From Thermostichus sp. DRC_bins_24 (GTDB lineage Bacteria > Cyanobacteriota > Cyanobacteriia > Thermostichales > Thermostichaceae): DNA of 11,601 bases. The notes under the pieces were generated by a model. That model was not told where the DNA came from, made no database searches, and worked only from the letters and a program-made list of their open reading frames with translations. Positions 7,951 to 11,601 of the stretch are shown here, piece after piece. Both the position numbers and the translations under genes were made by a program. Within the stretch, counting starts at the first letter, position 1, and each line of letters opens with the position of its first letter. Location of the stretch: NCBI GenBank assembly GCA_039794845.1, contig JAUQVK010000082.1:1-11601 (forward strand), in the 5' to 3' direction.

Positions 7951-8110
7951 TACAGCCCTTTGTGCCCAGGGTACGCCGGTGCGTTCGCCCACCATAGGGC
8001 ACCGCCAATCACAGACAACTGGATGGGGCAAGTTGCCTCCGGAGCATCTGACCTGCTCGTGAAACGCTCCCCTTAGGTGGTGGGTTGCAGCTATTGACGG
8101 CCCAGGGCCA
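7951..8110 (-). ncRNA. Candidate second, diverged 6S-like RNA (paralog or relic); ends approximate
   Basis: The reverse complement of 7951-8010 is 47/60 identical, ungapped, to 5353-5412. It shares the GGAGC, TCCGGAGG and CRGTTGT motifs in the same order and keeps the inner closing stem with compensatory changes. Confidence 0.5.
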
Positions 8111-9320
8111 GATCTTGGGTTAGGCGCAACTCGATCACCTGATTGGGATCCAGCACCACCACCTGTGGAGCCGTAACGTTGCCAATCACCGCTCCAGCCG
8201 CTCCGGCTGCTAACACTTCTTCGGTGGCGATGGCGTTGTCGCCGGTCACCAGGCCAAGAATCGCCCCAGCCGCCGCCCCAATGGCCGCGTCTTGAATAAT
8301 CTTGCCGGAGGTGGTGTAGCGGGGATCCTTCACATCGTGAATCACGTCCGACTGAGCTGCCAAAGGAAACAGCTGGTTGTTGACGATGATGCTTTCGGCC
8401 ACGAAGCGAGTGCCTCCCGGAGCCGGTTCAAAGCGGCCATCCACCCGAGAGCCGTAGGGAACCACAATGTCTCCCTGGGCATTGCGGATCGGGTTGTGGA
8501 CAATCAAGGAAATGGGTCGGGTTTCGTTGGGGGCAATGTAGAGGCGCTCGTTAAAGGTGCTGGTGGTTTGCATAAGGGTGCCCGCCGCCAATGTGGAGAG
8601 GCGCAGGTCAAAGCCCGGCTGTTGGGCGGGGTTGTAGGGGTTAAAGCCCCCCGGAGTTTGCGCCACCAGGGATCCGCGATTGACCATGGCCTGGTGGGTG
8701 AAAGCGGCTACTTCTGCCCGGGTTGCGGCGCGGTTGGGCTCCAACAGCATCGGGTCAGGGTAGTTGACGATCAAGCCCACTTGGTTGGCGGCAGCAATTT
8801 GAGGCAGCGCCCAATGGGGTATGGCTGCCGCATCGCGGTAACGGCTGAACAGATCGCCAGGTTGAGCGACCGGAATGGTGCGGGTATTGCCGATGGCGTT
8901 GGTTAACACCACCAAGGATTCGGTGCGGGTGACGGGCTGCTCAGGACGAAAGGTGCCATCGGGAAAACCGGCCACCAGATTGTTGGCTGCCGCAGTGGAA
9001 ATGGCATTGGCAGCCCAGTGGGTAGGGGGCACATCCCGAAAGCTGATGTAGGTGCCGGAGGTATTGCTCAGCCGAAAAGCCGTGTTGACGATGGTGGCAA
9101 ACTGGGCGCGGGTCACGGGCTCATTGGGGCGGAAGGTACCATCCGGGAAGCCATTCAACACCCCCTGAGAGGCAAGGGCCTCAATATAGGTTTGGGCCCA
9201 GTGACCGGAGGTATCACGGAAGGGGGCAGCCATGGCGACTTGACAGTGAATGCTTAGCATCGCCCCGGACAAGACCATGCCTGTCCAAGCCGCACGTGGG
9301 GTTAAAAGAGAGGAAAACAT
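8091..9320 (-). CDS. Secreted S-layer homology (3x SLH) domain protein with a C-terminal beta-rich / glycine-zipper region
   Basis: Signal peptide ending VAMA-A. Three SLH repeats (FRDTSGHWA...GFPDGTFRPNEPVTRAQFA; FRDVPPTHWA...GFPDGTFRPEQPVTRTE; YRDAAAIPHWA...EPNRAATRAEVAA). C-terminal AAIGAAAGAILG...GAAGAVIG. Confidence 0.92.
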   Translation of the reverse strand: MFSSLLTPRAAWTGMVLSGAMLSIHCQVAMAAPFRDTSGHWAQTYIEALASQGVLNGFPDGTFRPNEPVTRAQFATIVNTAFRLSNTSGTYISFRDVPPTHWAANAISTAAANNLVAGFPDGTFRPEQPVTRTESLVVLTNAIGNTRTIPVAQPGDLFSRYRDAAAIPHWALPQIAAANQVGLIVNYPDPMLLEPNRAATRAEVAAFTHQAMVNRGSLVAQTPGGFNPYNPAQQPGFDLRLSTLAAGTLMQTTSTFNERLYIAPNETRPISLIVHNPIRNAQGDIVVPYGSRVDGRFEPAPGGTRFVAESIIVNNQLFPLAAQSDVIHDVKDPRYTTSGKIIQDAAIGAAAGAILGLVTGDNAIATEEVLAAGAAGAVIGNVTAPQVVVLDPNQVIELRLTQDLALGRQ

Positions 9321-9535
9321 GGTTCATTCACCGAGTAATCGTAATGCACATCGCTGGGGCAATGGCTACTCTTATTCTGGCTATTTCCTCAGTGATGACA
9401 ATGGCTGAAATCCTTATCCTGTCGTGATTTGAGCCTTCTTAACCCAAGATTTGCAGCAAGGCGCAATCCTATGACCTCCGCAAGGAAAAGACTGAATCTC
9501 TAATTCGCCAGATCAAGAAGCCTTTGAGGGTAATG

Positions 9536-9553
9536 ACGATTTCGGGAAATCGT
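9536..9553 (-). terminator. Hairpin directly after the sufD stop (possible terminator or 3' stabiliser)
   Basis: ACGATTT-CGGG-AAATCGT, a 7-bp stem 3 nt from the stop codon. No U-tract on the minus strand. Confidence 0.35.
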
Positions 9554-9556
9554 TCC

Positions 9557-10852
9557 TCAGCCCGGCAGGCTCATTTGGGGCAGCTGCTGGGGGAGGGTGG
9601 CCAACGGGATCCCTGCCAAAATTTCGGCAGCAAAAGCATAGGTGAGCAGCTGTCGGGCCTGTGCTTGGGGGATGCCGCGGCTTTGCAAGTAAAAAATCTC
9701 CTCAGGCTCCAGTTGGCTGACGGTGGCCCCATGGGCACATTTGACATTGTCGGCAAAGATCTCCAGCTGGGGCTGGGTATCAACCCGTGCTTTCGGCCCC
9801 AGCAGCAGATTGCGATTGGATTGGGCTGCATCCGTCAGTTGGGCGGCCTGACAGACCAATACTCGCCCACCAAATACTGCATGGGCGGTCTCATCCACAA
9901 TGCATTTGTGCAGCTGGCGGCTGCTACCATAGGGAGCCCGGTGCACCAGGCGGGAATGGGTATCGCTGTGCTGGGATCCCCGCAGTAGGGTCAACCCTTT
10001 CAGGTCGGTGTGGGCCTGGGATCCCGTTTGGGTCATTTCCAGGTTGTGGCGGGAAAACTGGGATCCCCATTGGAGGGCATGCTGGTGGTAGTGGCTATCG
10101 CGGCCTTGGCGAACGGCGGTTTTGGCGATCTGAAAGGCTGCGGATCCCTGTCTCTGTAAAATCACGTGATGAAGGTGAGCGGTGTCCGCCAGGTTGATCT
10201 CGGTGACGGCATTGCTAAAGGGGATCCCTGTCCCCAAAGACACATGATCTTCGATCACCGTTAGATGGCTATGGGCTTCTAGAGACACCCAGCAGCGGGG
10301 CTGGGCCAAAATCGGCTGCGCATCCGGGGCAACGGTGAGAAAGAGCAGGTGCAACGGCGGCACCCCCTCGAGATTCTTGGGCACACGAATGCAGGCCCCA
10401 TCCCCCAAATGAGCGGTATTCAGAGCGGTGAAGACATCTTCGGTGGCGAGGGTTTGTAACTGGGCTCCAAGTCCCTCCGCATCCGCCTGCGCCAGGGAAG
10501 TGACCAACAGGGTTTCTGGCAAAGCGCTCAAATCCGAGAGCTGGGGGGCAAAGTAGCCATTCACGAACACGGCAAAGCTGTGACGACTCTCCGGCCAAAG
10601 CCAGGGTTCCAGATCCGCCGCCTCAAGAACCACCAGGGGGCCACTCGCCAAACGAAACTCATGGGCCAAAAGAGGGGAGAGATCGCTGTATTTCCATTCT
10701 TCTTCCCGAGGCGTTGGGATCCCCAGTTCTGCCAGTTGGGCCCGCGCTTGTTCCCTGAGGGCGGTGTAGGGATCCTGAACATCCGGGATTTGGCTAAGGA
10801 TGTGATCCAGAAACAACCGACCATGAAGAGGTTTGGACAGGGCGGTATTCAT
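9557..10852 (-). CDS. sufD: Fe-S cluster assembly protein SufD
   Basis: PTPREEEWKYSDL, VFVNG, QLHKCIVD...AVFGGRVLV...AQLTDAAQSNRNLLL, PQLEIFADNVKCAHGATVSQL and FYLQSRGI. ATG at 10852 overlaps the sufC stop (TGATG). Confidence 0.97.
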   Translation of the reverse strand: MNTALSKPLHGRLFLDHILSQIPDVQDPYTALREQARAQLAELGIPTPREEEWKYSDLSPLLAHEFRLASGPLVVLEAADLEPWLWPESRHSFAVFVNGYFAPQLSDLSALPETLLVTSLAQADAEGLGAQLQTLATEDVFTALNTAHLGDGACIRVPKNLEGVPPLHLLFLTVAPDAQPILAQPRCWVSLEAHSHLTVIEDHVSLGTGIPFSNAVTEINLADTAHLHHVILQRQGSAAFQIAKTAVRQGRDSHYHQHALQWGSQFSRHNLEMTQTGSQAHTDLKGLTLLRGSQHSDTHSRLVHRAPYGSSRQLHKCIVDETAHAVFGGRVLVCQAAQLTDAAQSNRNLLLGPKARVDTQPQLEIFADNVKCAHGATVSQLEPEEIFYLQSRGIPQAQARQLLTYAFAAEILAGIPLATLPQQLPQMSLPG

Positions 10853-11601
10853 CAAAAGCCCTCCCGCTGCTGCGAATGGGAACCTGCCACCGCCGGATCC
10901 TGTTCCCGTTCACCGGAGTGGGATGGGGTTCTTATCCAGTCGTAGCCCCGTTCTTCCAGTTCCAGAGCGAGATCCTTACCCCCACTGGTAACAATGCGGC
11001 CTCCCTCCATCACATGCACATAATCGGGAGTGACATAGTCGAGCAGGCGCTGATAGTGGGTAATCAGCAGCATGGCGTTGTCAGGGTTGGCCAAGTGGTT
11101 GATGCCATTGGCAACCGTCCGCAGGGCATCAATATCCAAGCCCGAGTCCGTCTCATCCAAAATGGCGAGGGTGGGTTCCAGAATGGCCATTTGCAGAATC
11201 TCGTTGCGTTTTTTCTCGCCCCCAGAAAAGCCTTCATTAACGGAGCGCTCCAGAAAAGCCGCATCCATTTTGACAATGCCCAATTTCTCCCGCACAAAAT
11301 CGTCGAAATCCAGGGCATCCAATTCTGGCTGCTCCCGATACCTTTGTCGAGCATTGTAGGCAATTCGTAAGAAATCGATGTTGCTCACACCAGGGATCTC
11401 AATCGGGTACTGAAAAGCAAGAAACACCCCAGAACGAGCCCGCTCTTCCGGCTCCATTTCCAACAGATTTTTCCCCAAATAAATCACCTCGCCACCTGTA
11501 ATGGTGTAATCGGGGTGACCGGCCAGAATTTTGGAAAAGGTACTCTTGCCCGAGCCGTTGGGCCCCATGATGGCGTGAATCTCGCCTGAGCGGATCTCAA
11601 G
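10852..11601 (-). CDS. sufC: Fe-S cluster assembly ATPase SufC; 5' end lies outside the window
   Basis: The frame is open to the window edge ([21 protein letters not shown], Walker A). Also [44 protein letters not shown] and ITHYQRLL. Confidence 0.98.
   Translation of the reverse strand, partial: LEIRSGEIHAIMGPNGSGKSTFSKILAGHPDYTITGGEVIYLGKNLLEMEPEERARSGVFLAFQYPIEIPGVSNIDFLRIAYNARQRYREQPELDALDFDDFVREKLGIVKMDAAFLERSVNEGFSGGEKKRNEILQMAILEPTLAILDETDSGLDIDALRTVANGINHLANPDNAMLLITHYQRLLDYVTPDYVHVMEGGRIVTSGGKDLALELEERGYDWIRTPSHSGEREQDPAVAGSHSQQREGF

Larger units (their letters stand above)
1391..10723. repeat. Highly iterated palindrome GGGATCCC (HIP1 variant), dispersed
   Basis: Exact copies found by eye start at 1391, 2347, 2858, 4042, 5437, 5956, 6200, 7223, 9606, 9973, 10018, 10060, 10221 and 10716 (14 copies; well under 1 expected by chance in 11.6 kb). 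Many 7/8 matches also occur. Confidence 0.92.

Noticed and set aside
5353..8010. Composite transposon or IS interpretation of the inverted repeats
   Set aside because: There is no transposase and no evident target-site duplication. The cargo is a housekeeping gene, and one repeat is an integral part of the 6S RNA.
7671..8076. Several short ORFs across the TM2-SLH intergenic region
   Set aside because: They overlap real genes and show no motifs. The conservation with 5353-5412 is better explained by RNA structure than by coding.
2072..11370. Other long alternative-frame ORFs (e.g. 2072..2818, 6483..7046, 6640..7398, 8292..8906, 9524..9988, 10876..11370)
   Set aside because: They are almost entirely nested in or antisense to well-supported genes, as expected in GC-rich DNA.
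1..11601. CRISPR array, tRNA or rRNA genes
   Set aside because: No regularly spaced repeats, cloverleaf with T-loop consensus or rRNA-like sequence were seen.

Overview
GC-rich cyanobacterial chromosome segment. The saturation with GGGATCCC palindromes suggests the hot-spring Synechococcus/Thermostichus lineage (inference). Almost all genes are on the minus strand: sufC (partial)-sufD; an SLH-domain envelope protein; glmU fused to a C-terminal DUF296/PPC domain; and a run of pentapeptide-repeat protein, LapA-like, coiled-coil hypothetical, ycf33/DUF751, PCP_red small protein, M50 site-2 protease and aspartate kinase (partial, missing from the ORF track). The plus strand carries a TM2/SHOCT membrane protein and a probable 6S RNA gene (about 5211-5411). 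The most striking signal not explained by the genes is a second, diverged 6S-like sequence on the minus strand at about 7951-8110. It matches 47/60 nt of the 3' arm of the first copy, all 13 differences are transitions, and one stem shows compensatory changes. The two copies face inward and bracket glmU-DUF296 and the TM2 gene. Other oddities are a site-2 protease with HEWTR in place of HExxH and a suf cluster ending without sufS.
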